Shown: piece by piece, positions 12,900-23,295 of the stretch
Layout: the number at the start of each line of letters is the position of its first letter
Position numbering within the stretch: the stretch's first letter is position 1
From: Mobula hypostoma
Taxonomy: Eukaryota
Length of the DNA stretch: 64,000 nt
NCBI RefSeq assembly: GCF_963921235.1
Contig: NC_086097.1
Coordinates: 95,544,001 to 95,608,000, forward strand
Direction of reading: 5' to 3'
Notes under the pieces: model-generated
Seen by the model: only the letters and a program-made list of their open reading frames with translations
What the model was told of the DNA's origin: nothing
Databases searched by the model: none
Translations under genes and position numbers: made by a program

Positions 12900-13970
12900 T
12901 CAATTTTCTGGAATGGGACAGAGTCCGGCCAAGTGTGAGGTCTTGCAGTTTGGGAGATCAAATGTAAAAGGACAGTAAACTGTTAATGGCAGAACCCTTA
13001 ACTGTGCTCATCTTCAGAGGGATTTTGGGGTCCAAATCCGTAGTTCCCTGAGAGGAACTATCCCTGAGAGATTGATAGGCAGTTAAAGACGATTATGAGA
13101 GGCATAGATGTACAGCCAGTATATTTTCTCAGAACTAAAATGTTTAATACTAGAAAGTATGCACTGAAGGTGAAAGGGGGCAAATTCGAATGTGTAGTAA
13201 GTTTTTGTTTTCTCAGCGTAGAGTAGAGGGTGCCTGAAATGAATGCACTACCAGTAGTAGTGGTGGTGGATGCAAATAAATAGAGGCATTTAAGAGACTC
13301 TTAGATAGGCACATAAATGTGCAGATAATCGAGGAATATGGACATTGTTTATGCATAAGGGATTAGTTTAGTAGGTGCTTAATTAGTTATTTAATTAGTT
13401 CAACATAACATTGTGGGCTAAATTGCCTGTCCCTGTGTTGTACTGTTCTATGTTCTAAACATTATTTTCTATAACTATGTCACAGAAGGTTCAGAGGATG
13501 TTCGCGAGAATGATTCCGGGAATGAAACAGTTAACGCTTGATGGCTTTGGGCCTGCATTTGCTGGAGTTTAGAAGAATGAGGGGGGAATCTCATTGAAAC
13601 TTATTGAATATTGAAAGGCAAGACAGAGTGGATGTGAAGAGGATTCTTCCCATAGTGAGGGACTCTAGGAACAAAGGGCACAGCCCCAGAATAGACGAAC
13701 ATCCATTCAGAATAGAGATAAGGAAGAATTTCTTTAGGCAGAGGGTGATGAATCTTTGGAATTCATTACCACGGATGGCTGTGGAAGCCAAATTATTGGA
13801 TATATTTAAAGCAACGGTTGATAGATTCTTGATTATTCAGGGTATCAAAGGTTACGGAGAGAAGGCAGGATAATAGGGTGGAGAGGAATAGTAAATCTGC
13901 CATGATGGAATGGTGGAGTAAAATCGATGGGTCGAATGGCCTAATTCTGCTCCTATGTCTTATAGTCTAA
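12900..13970 (+). mobile_element. Two tandem CR1 LINE 3' fragments
   Basis: ORF 13604-13873 reads RKNFFRQRVMNLWNSLP...IKGYGEKAG; CR1 tails near 13455 and 13965. Confidence 0.8.
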
Positions 13971-14116
13971 CAGCACTCCAATTACCACTAATCAGGTCAA
14001 GGCTTGAAAGAGCATTTACAACAATGTTTGTTTGTTTGTTTATTTATTGGGATACAGTGCAGAAAAGGCCCTTCGAGCCACACTGGCCAGCCACCCCAAT
14101 TTAACCCTAGCCTAAT

Positions 14117-15042
14117 TTAACCCACCACTAAGCACATCTTTCCCTCCTCCCCCACCTCTCTGCATTCCGCAGGGATCGCTCCCTACGCAACTCCTTTGTC
14201 CATTCCTCCCCCCCATCCCTCCCCACTGATCTCCCTCCTGGCACTTATCCGTGTAAGCGGAACAAGTGCTACACATGCCCTTACACTTCCTCCCTTACCA
14301 CCATTCAGGGCCCCAAACAATCCTTCCAGGTGAGGCAACACTTCACCTGTGAGTCAACTGGGGTGATATACTGCGTCTGGTGCTCCCAATGTGGCCTTTT
14401 ATATATTGGCAAGACCCGACGCAGACTGGGAGACCGCTTTGCTGAACATCTACGCTCTGTCCGCCAGAGAAAGCAGGATCTCCCAGTGGCCACACAATTT
14501 AATTCCACATCCCATTCCCATTCTGACATGTCTATCCACGGCCTCCTCTACTGTAAAGATGAAGCCACACTCAGGTTGGAGGAACAACACCTTATATTCC
14601 GTCTGGGTAGCCTCCAACCTGATGGCATGAACATCGACTTCTCTAACTTCCGCTAAGGCCCCACCTCCCCCTCGTACCCCATCTGTTACTTATTTTTATG
14701 CACACATTCTTTCTCTCACTCTCCTTTTTCTCCCTCTGTCCCTCTGAATATACCTCTTGCCCATCCTCGGGGTCCCCCCCCCTTGTCTTTCTTCCCGGAC
14801 CTCCTGTCCCATGATCCTCTCGTATCCCCTTTTGCCTATCACCTGTCCAGCTCTTGGCTCCATCCCTCCCCCTCCTGTCTTCTCCTATCATTTTGGATCT
14901 CCCCCTCCCCCTCTCAAATCCCTTACTCACTCTTCCTTCAGTTAGTCCTGACGAAGGGTCTCGGCCTGAAACGTCGACTGCATCTCTTCCTACAGATGCT
15001 GCCTGGCCTGCTGCGTTCACCAGCAACTTTGATGTGTGTTGC
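14117..15042 (+). mobile_element. 5'-truncated Penelope-like element (GIY-YIG domain plus pLTR)
   Basis: Translation GVIYCVWCSQCGLLYIGKTRRRLGDRFAEH; 16-bp TSD TTAACCCTAGCCTAAT (14101-14116, 15043-15058). Confidence 0.92.
14944..14979 (+). ncRNA. Minimal hammerhead ribozyme motif, intact core
   Basis: AGTC CTGACGA AGGGTCTCGGCCT GAAAC GTC GACT. Confidence 0.7.
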
Positions 15043-15097
15043 TTAACCCTAGCCTAATCATGGAGCAACTTACATGACCAACTCACCTACTAACTGG

Positions 15098-15215
15098 CAA
15101 ACACAAGGAAATCTGCCGATGCTGGAAATTCAAGCAACACACACAAAAAATGCTGGTGAACACATTTTTTGCTGCCTGGCCTGCTGCGTTCACCAGCATT
15201 TTTTGTGTGTGTAAT
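15098..15215. mobile_element. Inverted-repeat Penelope pLTR mini-insertion
   Basis: Head-to-head pLTR pieces; 11-bp TSD CTACTAACTGG (15087-15097, 15216-15226). Confidence 0.75.
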
Positions 15216-15374
15216 CTACTAACTGGTACGTCTTTGGACTGTGGGTGGAAACTGGGGCACCTGGAGAAAACCCACGCATTCCACAGGGAGGACGGACAGA
15301 CTCCTTATAGATGACGTTGGAATTGAACTTCGAGCTCCGACACCCAGAGCTGTAATAGTGTCATGCTAACCACA

Positions 15375-15800
15375 GACCTGAGTTATAGGGGAAAGGTTGA
15401 ATATGTTAAGACGTTTTTCGCCGGAGCACAGGAGAATAAGATCTGATAGAGGTATACAAAATTATGAAGGGTACAGGTAGGTTAATGCATGCAGGCTTCA
15501 TTCCTCAAATTGAGTGACCATAACTAGAGATCATAGGTTTATGGTTAAAGGTGAAATATTTAAGGGGAATTTGGGAGGGAACTACTTCACTCAGAGGGTG
15601 ATGCAAGTGTAGAACAAGCTGCCTGTGGGCGTGGTAGACGCAGATTCAACTGTGACATTGAAGAGAAGTTTGCATAGGTACATGAATGAGCAGTATAGCA
15701 GACTATGATCCAGGTGCAGCTCGATGGGCCAAGGGAAAAAGACCTGGCAGAGACTAGACAGGCTGAAGAGTCTGTCTCTATGCTGCAGTGCTCTACAATC
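15375..15800 (+). mobile_element. CR1 LINE 3' fragment
   Basis: LSYRGKV...DLIEVYKIMKG...FTQRV-like coding, degenerate. Confidence 0.7.
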
Positions 15801-15973
15801 CTACGGTCACTAAGACAAGTTATGGGTAAATCAAGAGTTCCTCCATACCGCTGCAGAATGGAGTGGAAGTGGAACAAGGAAACAATGGGGCTCATGTACA
15901 ATAATATACTGTATTTCTTCATTACTCTGTGAACAGAAGAGAATTTGTGCAGCATGCAATAGCTTTCTACTGT

Positions 15974-18515
15974 CAGTAAGGGCCTCACCTTTGTCCCCCT
16001 TCGCCCACACCTCAGCGAGTTCCGTGTTCGCCATGATGTGGAACTTTTCTTCCGCCATCTCCATCTCCGAGCCTACTTCTTCGGCAAGGACTCTTCCACC
16101 TGCACCGATGACCCCTTCTCGCGTCTTCAACCCTCCTCTTCTTCATGGACACCCTGCTCTGGATCTTTTATCGCTAACTGCCAACGGGACATCAACCGTC
16201 TCGACTTCACCGCACCTTGTCCCCATTCCAACCTCACTCCTTCAGAATGCTCTGCTCTCCACTCCCTCCGCACTAATCCTAACCTTACTATTAAACCCGC
16301 CGATAAGGGGGGTGCTGTTGTAGTCTGGCGTACTGACCTCTACCTTGCCTAGGCACAGCAACAACTCGCGGATACCTCCTCTTATTTACCCCTCGATCAT
16401 GACCCCACTAAGGAGCACCAGGCCATTGTCTCCCACACCATCACCGACTTTATCCGCTCAGGGGATCTCCCATCCACTGCTACCAACCTTATAGTTCCCA
16501 CACCTTGCACTTCCCGTTTCTACCTCCAACCCAAGATCCACAAACCTGCCTGTCCTGGCCGACCTATTGTCTCAGCTTGCTCCTGCCCCACTGAACTCGT
16601 TTCTGCATACCTCGACACGGTTTTATCACCCCTTGTTTTCATCCCTTCCTACCTATGTTCGTGACACTTCTCACGCTCTTAAACTTTTCGATGATTTTAA
16701 GTTCCCTGGCCCCCACCGCTTTATTTTCACCTTGGATGTCCAGTCCCTATATACTTCCATCCCCCATCAGGAAGGTCTCAAAGCTCTACGCTTCTTTTTG
16801 GATTCCAGACCTAATCAGTTCCCCTCTACCACCACTCTGCTCCATCTAGCGGAATTAGTCCTTACTCTTAATAATTTCTCCTTTGGCTCCTCCCACTTCC
16901 TCCAAACTAAAGGTGTAGCTATGGGCACCCGTATGGGTCCTAGCTATGCCTGCCTTTTTGTTGGCTTTGTGGAACAATCTATGTTCCATGCCTATTCTAG
17001 TATCTGTCCCCCACTTTTCCTTCGCTACATCGACGACTGCATTGGCGCTGCTTCCTGCACGCATGCAGAGCTCATTGGCTTTATTAACTTTGCCTCCAAC
17101 TTTCACCCTGCCCTCAAGTTTACCTGGTCCATTTCCGACACCTCACTCCCCTTTCTAGATCTTGCTGTCTCTGTCTCTGGAGACAGCTTATCCACTGATG
17201 TCTACTATAAGCCTACTGACTCTCACAGCTATCTGGACTATTCCTCTTCTCACCCTGTCTCTTGCAAAAACGCCATCCCCTTCTCGCAATTCCTCCATCT
17301 CCCGCCGCATCTGCTCTCAGGATGAGGCTTTTCATTCTAGGACGAGGGAGATGTCTTCCTTTTTTAAAGAAAGGGGCTTCCCTTCCTCCACTATCAACTC
17401 TGCTCTTAAACGCATCTCCCCCATTTCACGTACATCTGCTCTCACTCCATCCTCCCGCCACCCCACTAGGAATAGGGTTCCCCTGGTCCTCACCTACCAC
17501 CCCACCAGCCTTCGGGTCCAACATATTATTCTCCGTAACTTCCGCCACCTCCAACGGGATCCCACCACTAAGCACATCTTTCCCTCCCCCCCCCCCGCAT
17601 TCCTCAGGGATCACTCCCTACGCAACTCCCTTGTCCATTCGTCCCCCCCATCCCTCCCCACTGATCTCCCTCCTGGCACTTATCCGTGTAAGCGGAACAA
17701 GTGCTACACATGCCCTTACACTTCCTCCATTACCACCATTCAGGGCCCCAAACAGTCCTTCCAGGTGAGGCAACACTTCACCTGTGAGTCGGCTGGGGTG
17801 ATATACTGCGTCCGGTGCTCCCGATGTGGCCTTTTATATATTGGCGAGACCCGACGCAGACTAGGAGACCGCTTTGCTGAACACCTACGCTCTGTCCGCC
17901 AGAGAAAGCAGGATCTCCCAGTGGCCACACATTTTAATTCTACATCCCATTCCCATTCTGACATGTCTATCCACGGCCTCCTCTACTGTAAAGATGAAAC
18001 CACACTCAGGTTGGAGGAACAACACCTTATATTCCGTCTGGGTAGCCTCCAACCTGATGGCATGAACATCGACTTCTCTAACTTCTGCTAATGCCCCACC
18101 TCCCCCTCGTACCCCATCTGTTACTTATTTTTATACACACATTCTTTCTCTCACTCTCCTTTTTCTCCCTCTGTCCCTCTGACTATACCCCTTGCCCATC
18201 CGCTGGGTCCCCCCTCCCCGTCTTTCTTCCCGGACCTCCTGTCCCATGATCCTCTCGTATCCCTTTTGCCTATCACCTGTCCAGCTCTTGGCTCCATCCC
18301 TCCCCCTCCTGTCTTCTCCTATCATTTTGGATCTCCCCCTCCCCCTCCTACTTTCAAATCCCTTACTCACTCTTCCTTCAGTTAGTCCTGACAAAGGGTC
18401 TTGGCCTGAAACGTCGACTCTACTTCTTCCTAGAGATGCTGCCTGGCCTGCTGCGTTCACCAGCAACTTTTATGTGTGTTGCTTGAATTTCCAGCATCTG
18501 CAGAATTCCTGTTTG
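15974..18515 (+). mobile_element. Penelope-like element, 5'-truncated, with RT and GIY-YIG endonuclease (Neptune-like linker); disrupted ORF
   Basis: PLE motifs IKPADKGGAVVV, LDVQSLYTSIP, QTKGVAMGT, RYIDD, LPFLD, Cys linker CKRNKCYTC and GVIYCVRCSRCGLLYIGET. In-frame TAG at 16350 and frameshifts near 16635 and 17300. 13-bp TSD AGCTTTCTACTGT (15961-15973, 18516-18528). Hammerhead at 18384-18419 has CTGACAA. Confidence 0.95.
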
Positions 18516-18543
18516 AGCTTTCTACTGTATTGTGTTTAGAATT

Positions 18544-18990
18544 TTTTTCAAATATACTTTATTCAAAAATGAAATTATATACAATGAACCATTCTCAATT
18601 CTTCACAGATGTTTCCATTACAGGTTTTACATTTCCACACTTTTAGCCACCCACGTGGCACTCTGTTGTTTCCTCTTTCCACACCATTGTTGAGGACTAT
18701 ACTCCCCGCCCCCTGAACCCTCCTACTCCCGCGGGAGAAGAACCCTAAACAGTGGTCCTTCTCCACCGGGCCCTTGCGGTGGCTGCACCAAGTTCCAATG
18801 CGTCCCTCAGCACGTACTCCTGCAGCCGAGAATGTGCCAGTCAGCAGCATTCTCCCACCGACATCTCCATGTGCTGGTAGATCAAGTTTCAGGCCGACCA
18901 AAGAGCGTCTTTCACTGAGTTGATGATCTGCCAGCAGCACCGGATGTTGGTCTCCGTGTGCATCCCCGGGAACAGCCCGTAGATCAGGGA
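18544..18990 (-). mobile_element. Tx1 (L1-group) LINE 3' fragment with AATAAA and A-rich tail
   Basis: Minus-strand reading SLIYGLFPGMHTETNIRCCWQIINSVKDALWSA...SRLQEYVLRDALELGAA; AATAAA at 18563-18558; 17-bp TSD GTATTGTGTTTAGAATT (18527-18543, 18991-19007). Confidence 0.8.
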
Positions 18991-19030
18991 GTATTGTGTT
19001 TAGAATTACATCACTCACTGGTTGCCTTAC

Positions 19031-19114
19031 CCGACAGTTGATGATCTGGTACTTCCAAAGCCTCTCACATAAATCCAAAGGCAATCCTGTTCTCTTTAAC
19101 ATTTTGTTAGCCAT
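19031..19114 (-). CDS. RAD51B: RAD51B first coding exon (exon 2 spans 19031-19124; ATG at 19114)
   Basis: atttag|GTGGCTAACCATGG (good Kozak context); 84 coding nt translate MANKMLKRTGLPLDLCERLWKYQIINCR, then |gtaag. Confidence 0.92.
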
Positions 19115-19184
19115 GGTTAGCCACCTAAATTGAAGAAATTAAATCAGATATGAACAATCACATCATAGCATACACATCCATCTA

Positions 19185-19368
19185 GAACAACAAAATGCTG
19201 GAGGAATTCAGTGGGTCAGGCTCCATCTATGGAAATGAATAAAGTCCACATTTCGGACTGAGACACTCATCAGGAAGGGATGCATAGGTGCTGCCTGACC
19301 TGTGAGGTTTCTCCAGCATCTTGTGTGTGTTGCTCTAGATTTCCAGCGTCCGCAGACTCTCTTGTGTT
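19185..19368. mobile_element. Inverted-repeat Penelope pLTR mini-insertion (older)
   Basis: Head-to-head pLTR halves, degenerate hammerhead at 19243-19274 (minus); TSD TACACATC(C/T)ATCTA (19171-19184, 19369-19382). Confidence 0.7.
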
Positions 19369-20178
19369 TACACATCTATCTATATTTGCAGTATTTGTTC
19401 TGTAGCAAGCAGTCATCACAGTGACTTTTGCTTAGGTGTCAGTTTGTGTTCTCCCCCACAACACCAGGGGGCAGGGTGCAATCCTAATCTTGAATGTAGT
19501 CCATGTGGCTCTGCCCAGGACATCATGGGTTGCCCCTGGGTCTCCTGGTTTCATCTGACATCCCAGCTCAGTGATTATTCAGCCGCTCAGAGTTGCTCTT
19601 CAATGTAGCCAAGTGCCAAAAAAAATTGCAGAAAAGTCAGTGGATATGTGAGAGAGACTAATTTGCAGGGCAAAAGGGAAATAAGGAGGTGGGAATGCAA
19701 CTGATGAGGTTGCTCTCTCGAAAGGCAGCAAGGATTTGGTGAACTGAATAACCCTCTTCTCTGTTGTACGAAGTCAAGGATTCCTAGACGAGCTGAATGT
19801 CACCTCTCCTCTTTTTTCGTGTTGGAAATATTTGCATAGAGGCAGACTGCCACTTGTTCACAATTGGTCAAAATTAACTCAAGCAAATGCAATGTTTTAG
19901 AAACTAATCAGTCTTGGGAAGCAATGGAAGGTTGGAACAAACTCGATCTCCATCCCCACTTCCCCAAGTTATTGTTACAGACCCTAGACCTTTAGTGGGA
20001 TACGAACCAAATGGACTAGCCTACATAGGTGGTCAGCATAGAAGGGTTTGTGTTCGTGCTGAATTACTGTACGGGTTCTCCCTCCACCCCTCACACCCCA
20101 AGCACACGCCCCCTCCACCCCCGACTCTTTTCTTCCCTCTCCATTACCCAAGTCTCGGACTAGAAGCCTCCTTCTTAC

Positions 20179-20300
20179 TCTGCACAACCCCGGACGCCCC
20201 GTTTACCCCGACTCCCGACACCAGACCCAGCTCCACACTCGGCCCTGCGCCCGAGCGAGAAAAATTCCCGGGCTCCAGGACGACATCTAAAGCTTCAGAC
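20179..20300 (-). other. RAD51B: Probable non-coding exon 1 of RAD51B (transcription start approximate)
   Basis: GC/CpG-rich stretch just downstream of the CCAAT cluster, with a minus-strand donor AGA|gtaaga at 20179 and an alternative GGG|gtaaac near 20207. The exon 2 acceptor implies an upstream exon. Confidence 0.5.
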
Positions 20301-20870
20301 CCATTGGTTTGCGCCTTCAACAGCCTACACCAATCACTGCGACTGATAAAAATATGGGCTCGTCGCTGACCGAGCAGGCCTCTTCCATTGGTCCGTGTGC
20401 TCAGAGCCTCCAACCAATTGCTGTGAAGCGAGCCGAAAAGCTCCTGTATATTAGCCTATCACGGTGGCAGGATGATGGACTTGGAGCGAATGGTCGTTCT
20501 CGGTTGGGCTGAGTTTTTGCGCATGTGCGAGATCTAGCTGTAGTGCGAGCTGTTTTCGTAAGCGTGCGGTCCTGCTTCTGCCTTTTGTGCCGGGGTGGTC
20601 AAACGGCGGCAGCTGAGCAGCCTGTAACTATTGTAGGGCAAGCACCAAGCGGAGTTGTGTCTCCAAGTCTCCCAGCACGTCGAGAGATTTGTTCTGATTG
20701 CTATAAGTTTTCTCCCCCTGAAGGATATCTAACACTCTCCTTGCCACTTTGCCCAAGCTCGCTGTGAGTGTCCGGGCAACACATTGTAAACACGGAAGTT
20801 TGCAGCGTGGGGCGGCGGAGCCGGTCCTGGAACGTCAACTCTCCCGCGCCAATCGAGTCAAGTGAAGTTT
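20180..20870. promoter_or_regulatory. CpG-rich, probably bidirectional promoter
   Basis: Local CpG enrichment. CCAAT/ATTGG at 20303, 20330, 20387, 20414 and 20849. NRF1-like TGCGCATGTGC at 20518, ETS-like CGGAAGT at 20793, E2F-like TCCCGCGCC at 20842. Confidence 0.75.
20530..20763 (+). other. Candidate non-coding first exon of a divergent plus-strand transcript
   Basis: Lies on the far side of the CCAAT cluster and ends at GCT|gtgagt (20764-20769). No convincing ATG ORF; the start coordinate is a guess. Confidence 0.4.
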
Positions 20871-20905
20871 ATCGTTATTTAATTCTATACATGTATATAA
20901 CGTAT

Positions 20906-21034
20906 CCGAAGGGTCTCGGCCCGAAACGTCGACTGTACTCTTTAACGTAGATACTGCTTGGCCTGCTGAGTTCATCCAGCATTTTGTGTGTGTTGCACGG
21001 ATTTCCAGCCTCTGCAGATTTTCTCTTGTTTGTG
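20906..21034 (+). mobile_element. Penelope pLTR 3' fragment starting inside the hammerhead core
   Basis: Begins CCGAAGGGTCTCGGCCCGAAACGTCGACTG; TSD GTAT(A/C)TAACGTAT (20893-20905, 21035-21047). Confidence 0.75.
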
Positions 21035-21050
21035 GTATCTAACGTATATC

Positions 21051-21895
21051 TGTCATGGTCCGATCCGTGAAATCCGTATTCTGGTTCACGGTCCGGTCCA
21101 TCGACCCTTGCTCCAGGTTTTCCTATCTACCCTGTTTCAGTTCTTGTTGAGCTCTAATTGAGTCAGCTGATACTCTTAGGGGCTGGCCGCATAAATACCT
21201 TCAGAGCCCAGGGTGTGGCTGCTGGATTGTTCTTGACCTTCCTCTGCCTTCTGTTTCCTTGCCTGAAGCCCTGCCTTGTCTTGCCGGTAACTCTCACCTC
21301 ACCTGAAGTTCTCGTCTCGCCTTGCATTGCCTGAAGCCTTGCCTTGTCTTGCTGGTAACTCTCGCCTAGTCTTGCCTTCAGTCTTGTCCTGGAGCCACCC
21401 TGTACCTAGCTCCCTTCCTGTCCCTTGCCTCCGTCAGGTAAGCCAGGCCATCTCGCCATTACCTGCGGTTGGTTCTGTCCCTTCCTGTCCCATGCCTCCG
21501 TTGGGTGGTGATCCGCGCCCTGCCCCAGAGGAGCCTGCCGAGCCTCAAGCCTGAAGACTCCGGCCTCAAGCCTGAAGATTCCGGCCTCCCGCCGAGCCAA
21601 GCCAAGTCTCTAGCCTCAAGCCTGAAGACTCCAGCCTAGTTCTGCCTGCCTGCCAAGCTTCGTCCTTGCCTAGTTCTGGGGTCCGAGCCAGAGGCAAGAC
21701 CCAGGTACTGGGTCCTTGGCCAGTCTCTGGCTCGGAGTCCAAGCCCGGGCTCCTAGCTCTCTTGTTCAGTCCTGTTCCAGGTTCCTGGTTTTCGTGTCCA
21801 TGTCCTTGCCATCGCCCTGTATCCTAGTCCTGTCCCTAGTACTTCAGTATCTGTGTCTTGCACTTGGGTCCATTCCCAGTCACCTCCTTATGACA
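21051..21895 (+). mobile_element. Solo LTR (Gypsy-like, 5-bp TSD); orientation uncertain
   Basis: Termini TGTCAT...ATGACA, TSD ATATC on both sides, internal GCCTCAAGCCTGAAGA repeats. Related copy at 47265-48862. Confidence 0.8.
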
Positions 21896-21899
21896 ATAT

Positions 21900-22570
21900 C
21901 ATGTACAGTATATAGAAACGAGACAACTTTTCTTTGAACCAGGGTGTAAAGCACAGTAGTACACATAACACACACAACGCACGATAACAGGTGAGGGTAA
22001 ACGCTGCAGATAAATCACACATACATAACAAACTAAAGTGTATTATTATTGAATATTGTAAGGAACAGAACAGATTAACGTGTGACACTTCGAATACGAT
22101 GTGGCTGGGAGTTCAGAAGCCTTATGACCTGGGGGAAGAAACAGTTTCTCTTCCTGACTGTCCTTGTTTTTATCCATTGGAGTCTCCTGCCTGATGGTAG
22201 AAAGCCAAAGAGGATGCTGGATGGATGGGTGGGATCCTTAATAATACAAAGGGCCTTGCGTATGCAGCGCTCCTGATAAATGCATAGGAGACCCTAAGCC
22301 TCCTACATTGAGTTCAACACTGACTGGCAGTACACATCAAAGTTGCTGGTGAACGCAGCAGGCCAGGCAGCATCTCTAGGAAGAGGTACAGTCGACGTTT
22401 CGGGCCAAGATCCTGACGAAAGGGACATTCCTTAGATCCTCTCAGCTGTTCTCACAGTCCTTTGTAGGAGCTTCTGGTCCGATACTTGACTGCTCCCGTA
22501 CCAGATGGAGATGCAACTTGTCACAACTTGCTCAAGGTGCCCCTGTAAAATGCTGTTAAGATGACAAGTT
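21900..22570 (-). mobile_element. Rex1/Babar-type LINE 3' fragment with a Penelope pLTR piece at about 22330-22420
   Basis: Minus strand resembles the II.DPTHP...F.LLPSGRR C-terminus of the copy at 45565-45894. Confidence 0.6.
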
Positions 22571-23295
22571 ATTGTGCAGCCTGTCTCATTATTTGTGTGG
22601 CAGAGAACCGCTTGTATTTTATTAGAATTACCCAGGATGGCAAACTATTACAGCATATAATGGCCATCAGGTCTGTACTATATATAAGAGCAATCCAGCA
22701 AAGCCATACCCTCACCCTCTTTCCGTAGTCTTGCAAACTCATTTAAGTCTGCCGCTTCTATGACCCTTAGCCATGTATCCCAATGCTAACCAGTCTCACT
22801 GTAAAATGCAAGAACTTTTCTTCACATTGGTTATTCTCTTTTGCTAATCACCTTCATGCGCTTTCCCCAGTATTTATTTGCCTTAGGGATCAGTTTATAC
22901 CCTTCATGACTGTAAAAACCTTCATCCAGTCACATCACAACTGCCTCTGTTACACAGCTTCTCCAGTTAATCCACATTGCTAAAGTCCTTAATCCCCGAG
23001 ATCATATTTATAACTCTCTTTAATACCTTTGCCCAAAATTGCAGTCAATCATTGAAGAAAATTAGAGTGCACAATTAGATAACTATAATTCATAAGAGAA
23101 GAATTAGGCCATTCAGTCCATCGAGTCCACTCCGCCATTTCATCATACCTTATCCCAGATCCCAATCAACCCCATACACCTGCCTTCTCACCACATCCCT
23201 TGATGCCCCAACCAATCAGGAATCTATCAACATCCGCTTTAAATATTCGCACGTACTTGGCCTCCACCACAGTCTGTGGCAGAGCATTCCACATA

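Larger units (their letters stand above)
14040..15375 (-). mobile_element. V-type SINE interrupted by two Penelope-derived insertions
   Basis: Pieces at 14040-14116, 15043-15097 and 15216-15375 are colinear with the SINE at 6690-6960. Confidence 0.7.

Noticed and set aside
19914..20767. ORFs of 67-151 aa across the promoter
   Set aside because: Expected in GC-rich sequence; non-ATG starts and no recognisable homology.
21540..21640. Short direct repeats GCCTCAAGCCTGAAGA as a CRISPR-like array
   Set aside because: Irregular tandem repeats inside an LTR, with no unique spacers and no cas genes, in vertebrate DNA.
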